This document shows positions 63,694 through 64,000 of a stretch of 64,000 bases of DNA, one piece after another (the stretch's first letter is position 1; each line of letters begins with the position of its first letter). Source of the DNA: a virus; IMG/VR virus record IMGVR_UViG_3300045988_143923; one strand, 5' to 3'. The position numbers were made by a program, and so were the translations under genes. Under the pieces are notes generated by a model. The model was not told where the DNA came from and ran no database searches. It saw only the letters and a program-made list of their open reading frames with translations.

Positions 63694-63936
63694 ATGACCC
63701 TGATGGAAAAGCTCGAAGCCGCAGGCTATCCGCGAGAGGAAATGTACCATCATGAATCTGATCTCTATGTGTTCATCACTCCGCTGACCAAGCGAGTAAT
63801 TGACGAATGGCTCCAAGAAGAGGGCCTTACGCGAAACCTGTTCGTAAGCACATTCAGAGATCAGATTACTGGCAAGCCGATGTATGACGTCGCTTTTCAG
63901 TACACGCCAGCATTTGACCGAAGCATTTGGCCTTAA
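63694..63936 (+). CDS. hypothetical protein
   Basis: 80-aa ORF with the RBS GAGAGGTGA. Confidence 0.5.
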   Translation: MTLMEKLEAAGYPREEMYHHESDLYVFITPLTKRVIDEWLQEEGLTRNLFVSTFRDQITGKPMYDVAFQYTPAFDRSIWP

Positions 63937-63951
63937 GGAGGGTACATAGTA

Positions 63952-64000
63952 ATGTATTTCAAAACAGTCTGGGGATTCAGCGGAACTGATGAGCAGAAGG
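63952..64000 (+). CDS. 5' end of a further ORF (truncated by the window edge)
   Basis: ATG follows the RBS TAAGGAGGG, and the frame is open to the end of the window. Confidence 0.4.
   Translation, partial: MYFKTVWGFSGTDEQK

Noticed and set aside
1-64000. Global stop-codon reassignment (TGA=Trp code 4, or TAG recoding) as the explanation for the in-frame TGA in terL and TAG in the RepA_N-like gene
   Set aside because: About 90 other ORFs, including ones of 981, 1131 and 2088 codons, are intact under the standard code. TGA and TAG are used as genuine terminators (for example TGA ends 5515..5784 and TAG ends 48491..48592). The encoded tRNAs have sense anticodons (CCA, UUG), not UCA or CUA. Only two isolated in-frame stops exist.

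Overview
The whole window looks like phage or phage-plasmid DNA, probably from a Gram-positive, Clostridia-like host (SLH domain, RepA_N-like initiator, SigA promoters). Positions 35-50503 are almost entirely minus-strand. In map order they hold tail fibres and baseplate, Tal, Dit, a very long tape measure gene, an accessory insert (membrane ORF, PIN-PhoH, ClpP-like, integrase, RuvC, SLH glycosidase, two tRNAs), major tail protein, connector genes, capsid, scaffold, portal, terminase, HU-like protein, a phosphoesterase, a YonO/RdRP-like single-subunit RNA polymerase, a Bro antirepressor and a replication protein. Positions 50.5-53.1 kb are a complex non-coding region with iterons, AT repeats, a polypurine tract, a consensus promoter with operators and a structured leader. 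Positions 53.1-64 kb are a plus-strand array of small, mostly unrecognisable early-type ORFs. The main finding is that the tape measure gene appears to be split into seven exons by six group I-type introns from two paralogous families. One of these introns carries a promoter-equipped lipoprotein gene instead of a homing endonuclease. Other notable points are a 252-nt in-frame intervening sequence with a TGA in terL, an amber codon in the RepA_N-like gene, a class-II-shaped tRNA with a UUG anticodon, tandem beta-propeller receptor-binding paralogues, and a 24-bp inverted-repeat element. All coordinates derived by hand (splice sites, refined starts, RNA elements) are approximate.
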